A DNA stretch of 64,000 nucleotides. It comes from Alistipes sp. (GTDB lineage: Bacteria > Bacteroidota > Bacteroidia > Bacteroidales > Rikenellaceae). The translations under genes and the position numbers were made by a program. Positions within the stretch are counted from its first letter, which is position 1; every line of letters starts with the position of its first letter. The DNA lies in contig JAZLCQ010000064.1 of NCBI GenBank assembly GCA_045614285.1, positions 34,191-98,190 of the forward strand, written 5' to 3'. The notes under the pieces are model-generated. The model saw only the letters and a program-made list of their open reading frames with translations. It did not search any database and was not told the origin of the DNA. This document shows, piece after piece, positions 1 to 8,083 of this stretch.

Positions 1-480
1 CTTTACTCGTTCGAGGTCAATAAATGTGAATGCCCCATCATACTCCTCGCCTCGTTCGAACTCCTCGCGAGAAATTTCGCGCCACTCGGAGTAGTCGATT
101 TCGGGGAACGATGTATCTCCCTCATAGTCACGATGAACGATGGTGAGATAGAGCTTATCAACGAGAGGCAGCGCCTGAGCATAAATCTGCGCTCCGCCGA
201 TAATAAAAATCTCCTCGTCGGCCGAGAACTTTGCAATTGCCTCCTCAAGCGAGTGCGCCATCTCGCAACCCTCGTAGGCCACATCGCCACGTGTAATCAC
301 AACATTTGTGCGCTTTGGAAGCGGACGACCAATAGAGTCGAAGGTCTTGCGTCCCATAATCACGGGATGGCCCGTAGTTGTGGTACGGAATCGACGCATA
401 TCCTCCTTAATATTCCAAAGCAGAGTGTTCTTATCGCCAATTACGCCATTCTGTGCGATTGCAACTATCAGTGATACCAT
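1..480 (-). CDS. folA: Dihydrofolate reductase (3' end runs off the window)
   Basis: Not in the ORF track. Hand translation from the ATG at 480 gives MVSLIVAIAQNGVIGDKNTLLWNIKEDMRRFRTTTTGHPVIMGRKTFDSIGRPLPKRTNVVITR, the classic DHFR motifs. It lies directly downstream of thyA. Confidence 0.95.
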   Translation of the reverse strand, partial: MVSLIVAIAQNGVIGDKNTLLWNIKEDMRRFRTTTTGHPVIMGRKTFDSIGRPLPKRTNVVITRGDVAYEGCEMAHSLEEAIAKFSADEEIFIIGGAQIYAQALPLVDKLYLTIVHRDYEGDTSFPEIDYSEWREISREEFERGEEYDGAFTFIDLERVK

Positions 481-512
481 ATTTTGCAGTAAACAATTAT
501 CGGTTAATATTA

Positions 513-1412
513 TTAGAACGACATCGGAGCCTTAATGGTTGGATGCGGGTCGTATCCCTCCAATGTAAAATCCTCATACTTAAAGTCGAAAATCGACTTC
601 ACATCAGGGTTGAGGCGCATTGTCGGCAAGGCACGCGGAGTACGCGAAAGCTGCTCGTCAACCTGCTCCAAGTGATTAAGGTAGAGGTGAGTATCGCCCA
701 AAGTGTGAACGAACTCGCCAGCCTCCAATCCGCAGACCTGAGCCATCATCATTGTGAGCAAGGCGTACGATGCGATATTGAACGGCACGCCAAGGAAGGT
801 GTCGGCACTACGCTGGTAGAGCATACACGAGAGCTTACCGTCAGCCACATAGAACTGGAACAGAGTGTGGCACGGAGGCAGAGCCATCTTCTCGACATCG
901 GCAACATTCCACGCCGAAACGATAATACGACGCGAGTCGGGGTTATTCTTAATCAAATCTACAGTCTGCTGAATCTGGTCAATGGCCTCGCCATTTGGAC
1001 GCGGCCACGAGCGCCACTGATAGCCGTAAACGTGATTCAAGTCGCCAAACTTGTAACCATCGATTGGCGAGTCGATACCCTCCTGTGCTGCACGCAAGAA
1101 CTCATCCATAGCCACCGGAAGAACACCCTCCTTTACGCACAACTCATTGTAGTAGCGATAGGCGTCGTTATCCCAGATATGTACCCCATTATCAACGAGA
1201 TACTTAATGTTGGTGTCGCCATTGAGGAACCACAAAAGTTCGTGGATGATACCCTTCAAAAAGACCTTCTTGGTGGTCAAGAGAGGGAATCCCTGCGAGA
1301 GGTCAAAACGCATCTGATGGCCAAATACTGACTTTGTACCTGTACCCGTGCGGTCGGTCTTGACTGCACCCTCGGTCTTGATGCGGGTGAGTAGGTCGAG
1401 ATATTGTTTCAT
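513..1412 (-). CDS. thyA: Thymidylate synthase
   Basis: [26 protein letters not shown] (catalytic Cys), [18 protein letters not shown]. Confidence 0.97.
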   Translation of the reverse strand: MKQYLDLLTRIKTEGAVKTDRTGTGTKSVFGHQMRFDLSQGFPLLTTKKVFLKGIIHELLWFLNGDTNIKYLVDNGVHIWDNDAYRYYNELCVKEGVLPVAMDEFLRAAQEGIDSPIDGYKFGDLNHVYGYQWRSWPRPNGEAIDQIQQTVDLIKNNPDSRRIIVSAWNVADVEKMALPPCHTLFQFYVADGKLSCMLYQRSADTFLGVPFNIASYALLTMMMAQVCGLEAGEFVHTLGDTHLYLNHLEQVDEQLSRTPRALPTMRLNPDVKSIFDFKYEDFTLEGYDPHPTIKAPMSF

Positions 1413-1421
1413 ATGTTTGTT

Positions 1422-2153
1422 CTATTTATTTTCAATTTTGAGTTCAATATTTCCGTTGTTGTCGAGCACGATGTAGCTCGGGTTTGTATGCCAATCACCC
1501 ATAAAGAGTGTGCGTTGCTTGCCCGCCAAGTCGGCTGGGAAGTGCATATGGCCAAATACGAAGTAGTCGATATCCTTGAGTTTGCCGAAGTCGTTCGCAT
1601 ACTTGATAAGCGGCTTCAAGACCGACTCGTCAGGCTTCTTGCCGTGCGACTTGCGCGACTTGCCGCTCCACCACTTACCAAAGCGCACAAAGCGGTCGGG
1701 GTGGATAATTCGTGAGACAAACTTTCGCAGACCCGTCGAGCGGAACATCTTATTCATCAGGCGCAACATTGGTCGCCACTTGATATTGATATTGTCGCCG
1801 TGTGCAACGAGCAACTCCTTACCTGCAACTTTAAAAATCTGAGGTTTGGTGTAGATGGTGATGCCGCACTCCTGGGTGAGGTAGTCGCCAACCCACATAT
1901 CGTGGTTACCGGTGAGCATCACAATCTTGATGCCCTTATCGCTCAGCTCTGCCAAGCGACCGAGCACACGCACAAAACCTTTAGGTACGACCTCCTTGTA
2001 CTCGAACCAGAAGTCGAAGATGTCGCCCACCAAATAGAGCGTCTCGGCATCCTTTTCGATGCGCTTCAAGAAGTCGAGAAAGAGTCGCTCCACTCGACGC
2101 TGCTCGGCCACATCGCCTGAGCCAAGATGAACATCGGATACGAAATAGTGCAT
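1422..2153 (-). CDS. lpxH: UDP-2,3-diacylglucosamine diphosphatase (LpxH-like metallophosphoesterase)
   Basis: SDVHLG, GDIFDFW, GNHD, AHGD and FGHMH motifs. Confidence 0.8.
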   Translation of the reverse strand: MHYFVSDVHLGSGDVAEQRRVERLFLDFLKRIEKDAETLYLVGDIFDFWFEYKEVVPKGFVRVLGRLAELSDKGIKIVMLTGNHDMWVGDYLTQECGITIYTKPQIFKVAGKELLVAHGDNINIKWRPMLRLMNKMFRSTGLRKFVSRIIHPDRFVRFGKWWSGKSRKSHGKKPDESVLKPLIKYANDFGKLKDIDYFVFGHMHFPADLAGKQRTLFMGDWHTNPSYIVLDNNGNIELKIENK

Positions 2154-2171
2154 AGTGCTTTTATCTGTTTT

Positions 2172-3326
2172 TTACTTAAAAATCTTAGCCAGACGCGCAT
2201 CCAACGCATCGCTATAGAGATCCTTAGCGATAATCTTACCATCTCTGTCAATCAAGAAGTTAGATGGCAATTTACGGACGTTGTAGGCGCGCAACATCGG
2301 CGAGAACTTACCCTGGAAGTCACATACCGAAATCCACGGCAGGCGCTGCTCCTGCACCGCAGTAATCCACAACAACTTCGATGTATCGGCCGACACTTGA
2401 TATACGCAGAATCCCTTCGAGCGATACTTCTCGTAAATCTCCTTCAAATCGGCATTGAGGGCGTTGTTATTGCCCGCCTCAGCCGACCAGAAATCGACCA
2501 AAACGACCTGACCACTGAGCGACGAGAGTGTAACCTCATTGCCATACATATCCTCTCCCTTTAGCTCCGGGCTATTGCGAACCTCAATCGAATTCATAAG
2601 CGAGATTCGAGCCTCCATACGGGCAATATCGTTACTCAAGGTGATGAGGAATGGCGAAGTCGGATAGTGCTTCGACACCGCATCGGCAACGGTACGATAG
2701 TAGATCAAGTCGCTATCGGCATTTATCAAATATGGGTCGCCCGGCAGACGCTGATAGAGCGCATAAACCGAGGCCATATTATCCTTATGCTCAATGATAA
2801 ACGAAATCTGATTGCGCTTAATCGAGTTGTAGACATCGTTGTAGCGACGTGCCACCTCCTTCTTGCTTGCATTGCTCTTTGTCTCGTAGTACTCCAACAT
2901 CGTCTTGTTGAGTTCGTGCTGACCCTCGAAGAAGGTTTTGTTGAACTTGCGCAACAACTCCGACTCTAACGAACCGCTGACGGTGTAGTTGGCGAGGGCG
3001 CTGCCCATAGCCGAGACCTCGACATCCTCACCTCGTGAGAGGAGCAACGGAATACGGTCGCCACCATAGATGATATTGTAGAGCATCGGAGTATTCTCGA
3101 TATTCTTCACCAGGAAGCGATAGCCGCCATTGTCATCGAGGGCTACCGAGTCAACTACGTTCTGACCCATAGCGGTCATCTGCTCGAGGTAGACCATCTT
3201 GAAGTTGAGGCCTACGAATCGTCCCGAGATGTTGGCATCCTTTCCACGGCACGACAACATCGCCACCGCCACAAGTGCTACTACTGCTATTTTTAGAATT
3301 GATCTCTTCATATCTTTCACTTTCAT
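2172..3326 (-). CDS. TlpA/AhpC-TSA family thioredoxin-fold lipoprotein (DUF4369-type N-terminus); start may be at 3311
   Basis: Lipobox MLSC. C-terminal VVLVDFWS...LPSNFLIDRDGKII. The canonical CxxC is absent (FWSAEAG). Confidence 0.75.
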   Translation of the reverse strand: MKVKDMKRSILKIAVVALVAVAMLSCRGKDANISGRFVGLNFKMVYLEQMTAMGQNVVDSVALDDNGGYRFLVKNIENTPMLYNIIYGGDRIPLLLSRGEDVEVSAMGSALANYTVSGSLESELLRKFNKTFFEGQHELNKTMLEYYETKSNASKKEVARRYNDVYNSIKRNQISFIIEHKDNMASVYALYQRLPGDPYLINADSDLIYYRTVADAVSKHYPTSPFLITLSNDIARMEARISLMNSIEVRNSPELKGEDMYGNEVTLSSLSGQVVLVDFWSAEAGNNNALNADLKEIYEKYRSKGFCVYQVSADTSKLLWITAVQEQRLPWISVCDFQGKFSPMLRAYNVRKLPSNFLIDRDGKIIAKDLYSDALDARLAKIFK

Positions 3327-3351
3327 CTTAACCTACACACTTAACGCCTCG

Positions 3352-4008
3352 CTACTTTGCGCTATTGTGTCGTTGAGGATTTTTTCTACTGCCCTTCTGC
3401 TGCTGACGTGCAGGGCGTGCAGGGCGCTTATTGTTCTTCTGTCCCGAAAGGGCTGTTTTATGCTCCGACTCGACCTTTTTGAGCCACTCTTCATCGAGAT
3501 TTATAGCACCATTGGACAACTCCTTTATATCATTTAGGATTACATCTATATTCGGATGCTCCTGGTTGTACTCGGCGCTCTTATTACGCATATAGCGAAC
3601 GATATTTCCGAGCTGAGCCTCAATCTTCTCGGGATCCTCGTACTGCGCACGACTTAACATTCGCACAATGTTTCGACCATAGTGCTTGTGAGAGATGCCA
3701 CCCTGCGAATACTCCAACTTCTCGGGCTTGACACTCAAGTCCTCACGCGTAGGCAACGCATAGGGGCTGTCGATGTCGAGACGGAAGTCCGACATAATAA
3801 AGAGGTGATCCCACAACTTATGGGTAAAATCCGCCGTATCGCGCAAGAGAGGATTGAGATTACCCATAACGGCAATCACAGCTCTGGCCTGGCGATTACG
3901 CTCGTTGCGATCCTCGATCTCAAGCAGAGAATCGACCATTTCCTGGATATGACGTCCATACTCAGGAATCAACAGAGGACGGCGTAAATAGTTATAGTTC
4001 TTATTCAT
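3352..4008 (-). CDS. DUF4290 family protein
   Basis: Bacteroidota-typical PEYGRHIQEMVD...HKLWDHLFIMSDFRLDIDSPY. Start reassigned to the ATG at 4008. Confidence 0.8.
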   Translation of the reverse strand: MNKNYNYLRRPLLIPEYGRHIQEMVDSLLEIEDRNERNRQARAVIAVMGNLNPLLRDTADFTHKLWDHLFIMSDFRLDIDSPYALPTREDLSVKPEKLEYSQGGISHKHYGRNIVRMLSRAQYEDPEKIEAQLGNIVRYMRNKSAEYNQEHPNIDVILNDIKELSNGAINLDEEWLKKVESEHKTALSGQKNNKRPARPARQQQKGSRKNPQRHNSAK

Positions 4009-4164
4009 ACAAAAAATTGAATATACTCTTCCACTAGATTCCGCAAAGACTATCCCAAAGAGACGTCGGCCTACCCTATTTGGGCGCACAACACACTATA
4101 TTCGGACAGCAGATACAACACATCGCACATTTGCGCAACATTATGTTGTATTAGGCAAAAAGCC

Positions 4165-4172
4165 TACCTTTG
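4165..4172 (+). promoter_or_regulatory. Bacteroidota -7 promoter element (TACCTTTG)
   Basis: Matches TAnnTTTG, about 48 nt upstream of the ATG at 4220. Confidence 0.5.
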
Positions 4173-4219
4173 ATGCACTATCAGAATGCAAAAATAGTAT
4201 TTTTTTATAGAATTACAAA

Positions 4220-5356
4220 ATGGCAAAAATTTTAATTTTGGAGCAATCAAAAAGTGTGCGCAACAATTTGCGCGAGAGATTGGAGTTTGAGGGGTTTACG
4301 ACCGAGGGTGCCGAGAGCGCCGAATTGGCTCGAAAGATGTGCGAAAACATCCATTTCGACATCATTCTATCCGACTCGGCCGAGGGTCTCAGCGAGGTCG
4401 ACGCCCCATTTATCGTACTCTCTCGAGAGAACGACACCGACACCGTTATTAAGGCCGTACAGCAAGGTGCAGTCGACTTTTTGCCCAAACCCATCGATAT
4501 GAATCGCCTCCTCAAGTCAATTCGCAAAAATATCGCAACGCCGACCGAAGAGGCTCCCACACCCCGTCGCAAGCCGGCTCGTGCACGCAACTCCGCCGAA
4601 TGCGCCACAATCGAGCCAATCGTAGGCTCGTCGGATGCGATTATCCGTGTGCGAGAGCTTATCGACAAGGTGGCACAGAGCGAAGCGCGAGTACTTATAA
4701 CGGGCGAAAATGGAACAGGTAAAGAGCTGGTAGCAAGATGGTTACACTGCAAGAGTTCGAGAGCAGACGCACCATTTGTTGAGGTCAACTGCGCAGCTAT
4801 TCCTTCGGAGCTTATCGAGAGTGAGCTCTTCGGTCACGAACGTGGCGCCTTCACCTCGGCTATCAAGCAGCGCAAAGGAAAGTTCGAGCAGGCGGACGGA
4901 GGTACGCTCTTTATGGATGAGATTGGCGATATGTCACTATCGGCTCAGGCCAAGGTTTTGCGAGCGCTGCAGGAGCGCAAAATCTCACGTGTCGGCAGCG
5001 ACAGAGATATCGATGTGGATGTGCGAGTGATTGCCGCCACAAACAAGAATCTTGAGGAGGAGATTCGCAACGGAAATTTCCGCGAAGACCTCTATCATCG
5101 CATAGGCGTAATCTTAATAAAAGTACCACCTTTGCGCGAACGAAAAGGCGACGTCGCCATCCTCGTAAAACATTTTCTAAAGAACATCTGTCGGGAGTAC
5201 CGAGTACCGCTGAAAGAGATTGAGAAAGAGGCGGTTACCCTACTCTCAGAGAAGCGTTGGAGCGGCAATATCCGAGAACTCAGAAATGTGGTCGAGAGGC
5301 TCGTAGTTCTGACCGAAAACACCATTACCACAAGCGATATCGAAAGGTATTGTTAG
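4220..5356 (+). CDS. Sigma-54-interacting response regulator (receiver + AAA+; no obvious C-terminal HTH)
   Basis: GENGTGKE Walker A, ESELFGHERGAFTSA, LFMDE Walker B, FREDLYHR, WSGNIRELRN. Confidence 0.9.
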   Translation: MAKILILEQSKSVRNNLRERLEFEGFTTEGAESAELARKMCENIHFDIILSDSAEGLSEVDAPFIVLSRENDTDTVIKAVQQGAVDFLPKPIDMNRLLKSIRKNIATPTEEAPTPRRKPARARNSAECATIEPIVGSSDAIIRVRELIDKVAQSEARVLITGENGTGKELVARWLHCKSSRADAPFVEVNCAAIPSELIESELFGHERGAFTSAIKQRKGKFEQADGGTLFMDEIGDMSLSAQAKVLRALQERKISRVGSDRDIDVDVRVIAATNKNLEEEIRNGNFREDLYHRIGVILIKVPPLRERKGDVAILVKHFLKNICREYRVPLKEIEKEAVTLLSEKRWSGNIRELRNVVERLVVLTENTITTSDIERYC

Positions 5357-5371
5357 CAACCACCGAACAAG

Positions 5372-5405
5372 AAAAAAGTGCTGTGAAATTTCACAACACT
5401 TTTTT
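5372..5405. terminator. Bidirectional intrinsic terminator
   Basis: AAAAAAGTGCTGTGAA-AT-TTCACAACACTTTTTT hairpin between convergent genes. Confidence 0.75.
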
Positions 5406-5408
5406 CGT

Positions 5409-6197
5409 CTAAATGCCATTGATATATTTGGCGTATCGCTTCCAATTCGTTGCTGTTTTATACTTGTCTACAGAGTCCGACGGAACGTAGATTTTACAGC
5501 CGATTGGTACATCTCCGTCATCGTAGTTGTCGAAGACAGAAGTGCCGAGAGTTGGAGGTGTTGTCGCGTAGCAATAGACACTCTTTAGACCCTCACAGTA
5601 GTAGAACGCATAGTCCTTGATTTCAGTGACTTTGCTATGAATATTCACACTCTTCAATCTAGTGCAAGAGTAGAACACATCGTAGCCGATTACGGTTGCC
5701 TCGCTCGGGATGGTGTACTCGGTGAGACCTTTTGGTGCGAAGTGACGCAACTCGCCATCAACGACCAAGCATCGACCATCCTTAGTTGCATATTTTCCGC
5801 TAAACGACGAGAGGTTGAAGCAGCCGAAAAATACCGACTCACCCAGGTGGGTCAATCGATTCGAGAGAACAACCTCCTCCAGCGCCTCACACTGCGAAAA
5901 TGCACCGTCTCCAATCTTGGTCACGCTATTCGGAATCTTGACGGTCAACAGAGTTGCACACTCGCAAAAAGCCCAATCACCCACCTCGGTCAAGTTATCC
6001 TTGAAATGGATAGTGCCGTAGGTGTGCTCCATAATCTCCACATTGAATGCCGACTCGTCGGGAAGCACGATAGGGTTACCATCTGTAGTGGTGTAGTGGA
6101 TAATCATACCCTTGATTACGGTAGGATCATCCTCGTGTCCGCAGCTCGCAAACATCAGCGAGACTGCGCTCAGCAACAATAAAAACGCTCTTTTCAT
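5409..6197 (-). CDS. BspA-type leucine-rich repeat surface lipoprotein
   Basis: Lipobox FASC. Repeats IPNSVTKIGDGAFSQC and VTEIKDYAFYYC. C-terminal cap IYVPSDSVDKYK. Confidence 0.85.
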   Translation of the reverse strand: MKRAFLLLLSAVSLMFASCGHEDDPTVIKGMIIHYTTTDGNPIVLPDESAFNVEIMEHTYGTIHFKDNLTEVGDWAFCECATLLTVKIPNSVTKIGDGAFSQCEALEEVVLSNRLTHLGESVFFGCFNLSSFSGKYATKDGRCLVVDGELRHFAPKGLTEYTIPSEATVIGYDVFYSCTRLKSVNIHSKVTEIKDYAFYYCEGLKSVYCYATTPPTLGTSVFDNYDDGDVPIGCKIYVPSDSVDKYKTATNWKRYAKYINGI

Positions 6198-6396
6198 ATG
6201 CTCATCTTAAAAAACTGTAGAGCAAATTTAGTAACAATTTTCGGATTTACAAGGGGGAGAGTGAAAAGTGAAAAAATTGCGCATTTTTCAATGCAAAAAG
6301 CTAAAATGTAAAACAGAAAACAAAGTTTTCGGTTTTCTCTTTTTTGTTTTCCGATTGTTTTGCTATCTTTGCGCCCACAAGTATTTACACCCAAAG

Positions 6397-7233
6397 ATGA
6401 AAGCAGTTTCAACAGTAAAGGCGTTGCGCGAGGAACTCGCTCAGCACCAAGGCAAAAAGATAGGATTCGTACCCACAATGGGTGCATTGCACGAGGGTCA
6501 CATCTCGCTCGTAGAGCGTGCTCGCAAGGAGTGCGACATCGTGGTTTCGAGCGTATTCGTAAACCCTACACAGTTCAACGACAAGAACGACTTGCGCAAC
6601 TACCCTCGCACACCCGAGGCTGATGCAGCAATGCTCGAGGCGGCTGGCGTGGACTTGGTTCTCTTTCCTTCGGTTGAGGAGATCTACCCCGAGCCCGACA
6701 CCCGCATCTTCGACTTCGGTCAGGTGGACAAGGTGATGGAGGGTGCAACCCGTCCGGGTCACTTCAATGGCGTAGCGCAGGTGGTATCGCGCCTCTTCGA
6801 CATCGTCGAGCCTACTCACGCCTACTTTGGCGAGAAGGATTTCCAGCAGATTGCAGTAATCCGTGCTATGGTGGCACAGCTCGGCTACAACATCGAGATT
6901 ATCGACTGCCCCATCATCCGTGACTTCGACGGTTTGGCACGTTCGTCACGCAATCTCCTCCTCACACCTGCACACCGCGCTGCTGCACCTCACATCTACG
7001 AGGTATTGAGCGCAGCTGTGGCTAAGGTTGGCGAGTTGTCGCCGGCAGAGCTCACCGAGTGGGTTATTGCGGAGGTTGAAAAGAACGAGCTCTTGAAAGT
7101 TATCTACTTTGCCGCTGTGGACGGTCTCTCGTTGCAGACCATCGAGAATTGGAACGATTCGGAGCGAGTACAGGGTTGCATCGCTGTACAAGCCGGCGAA
7201 ATTAGATTGATTGACAACATTAAACTTAAATAG
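6397..7233 (+). CDS. panC: Pantoate--beta-alanine ligase
   Basis: [37 protein letters not shown]. Start reassigned to 6397; TATCTTTG at 6364-6371 upstream. Confidence 0.97.
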   Translation: MKAVSTVKALREELAQHQGKKIGFVPTMGALHEGHISLVERARKECDIVVSSVFVNPTQFNDKNDLRNYPRTPEADAAMLEAAGVDLVLFPSVEEIYPEPDTRIFDFGQVDKVMEGATRPGHFNGVAQVVSRLFDIVEPTHAYFGEKDFQQIAVIRAMVAQLGYNIEIIDCPIIRDFDGLARSSRNLLLTPAHRAAAPHIYEVLSAAVAKVGELSPAELTEWVIAEVEKNELLKVIYFAAVDGLSLQTIENWNDSERVQGCIAVQAGEIRLIDNIKLK

Positions 7234-7237
7234 AACG

Positions 7238-7591
7238 ATGACAATCGAAGTATTGAAATCAAAGATTCACCGAGTACACATCACTGAGGCGAATGTCGAC
7301 TATGTCGGTAGCATCACCATCGACTCGGATTTGTTGAACGCTGCAAATATCATTCGTGGCGAGAAGGTTCAGGTGGTAAACGTCACCAATGGTGAGCGTT
7401 TGGAGACCTACGCAATCCCGGGTGAGGCAGGTAGCGGCGTAATCTGCCTGAATGGCGCAGCGGCACACAAGGCAAGCGTTGGCGACATCGTCATCATCAT
7501 CTCCTACGCATCAATGGATTTCGAAGAGGCGAAGAGATTTGAGCCAAACGTAATCTTCCCTGACACTGCAACCAACAAACTCGTAAAGTAG
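7238..7591 (+). CDS. panD: Aspartate 1-decarboxylase
   Basis: [14 protein letters not shown] (self-cleavage G-S), [16 protein letters not shown]. Confidence 0.97.
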   Translation: MTIEVLKSKIHRVHITEANVDYVGSITIDSDLLNAANIIRGEKVQVVNVTNGERLETYAIPGEAGSGVICLNGAAAHKASVGDIVIIISYASMDFEEAKRFEPNVIFPDTATNKLVK

Positions 7592-7592
7592 A

Positions 7593-8081
7593 ATGGACGT
7601 ACTACTCTCCATCTTTGCCATTTTACTGGGCATCATAGGCTGTATCGGATGTATTGTTCCTGTACTGCCGGGTCCGATTTTGGCTTATGGCGGCTATCTC
7701 TGCCTCTACTTCTGCTCCTACAGCGACATCTCGACGAGTTGGCTCATTGTATTTGGTGTGGTGACACTCGCAATCACCATCCTCGACTACATCCTTCCTG
7801 CCTATATGACCAAGCGATTTGGTGGTACAAAGGCGGGTGAGCGAGGCGCTATGGCGGGAGTCATCGTGGGAATGTTCCTGGGCCCGTTGGGTGTTATTCT
7901 CGGCCCATTCTTCGGAGCTGTGATTGCGGAGTTGATATACGACAAGGAGAACAAGGAGCGAGCATTCAAGAGCGGTCTTGGCTCGTTCGCATCGTTCTTC
8001 GTCGGCACGGGTATAAAGATGTTGCTCGCCTCGTGGCTTACAATTCAGATTTTTATTGATGTTTTCAAGGCTATATTTTAG
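7593..8081 (+). CDS. DUF456 family membrane protein
   Basis: Hydrophobic; PVLPGP, TKRFGGTKAG, GPFFGAVIAE. Confidence 0.85.
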   Translation: MDVLLSIFAILLGIIGCIGCIVPVLPGPILAYGGYLCLYFCSYSDISTSWLIVFGVVTLAITILDYILPAYMTKRFGGTKAGERGAMAGVIVGMFLGPLGVILGPFFGAVIAELIYDKENKERAFKSGLGSFASFFVGTGIKMLLASWLTIQIFIDVFKAIF

Positions 8082-8083
8082 TT

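Noticed and set aside
3-535. ORF-track calls at 3-290, 133-474 and 308-535
   Set aside because: The real gene is folA on the minus strand (480 to <1), which the track missed because it runs off the window.
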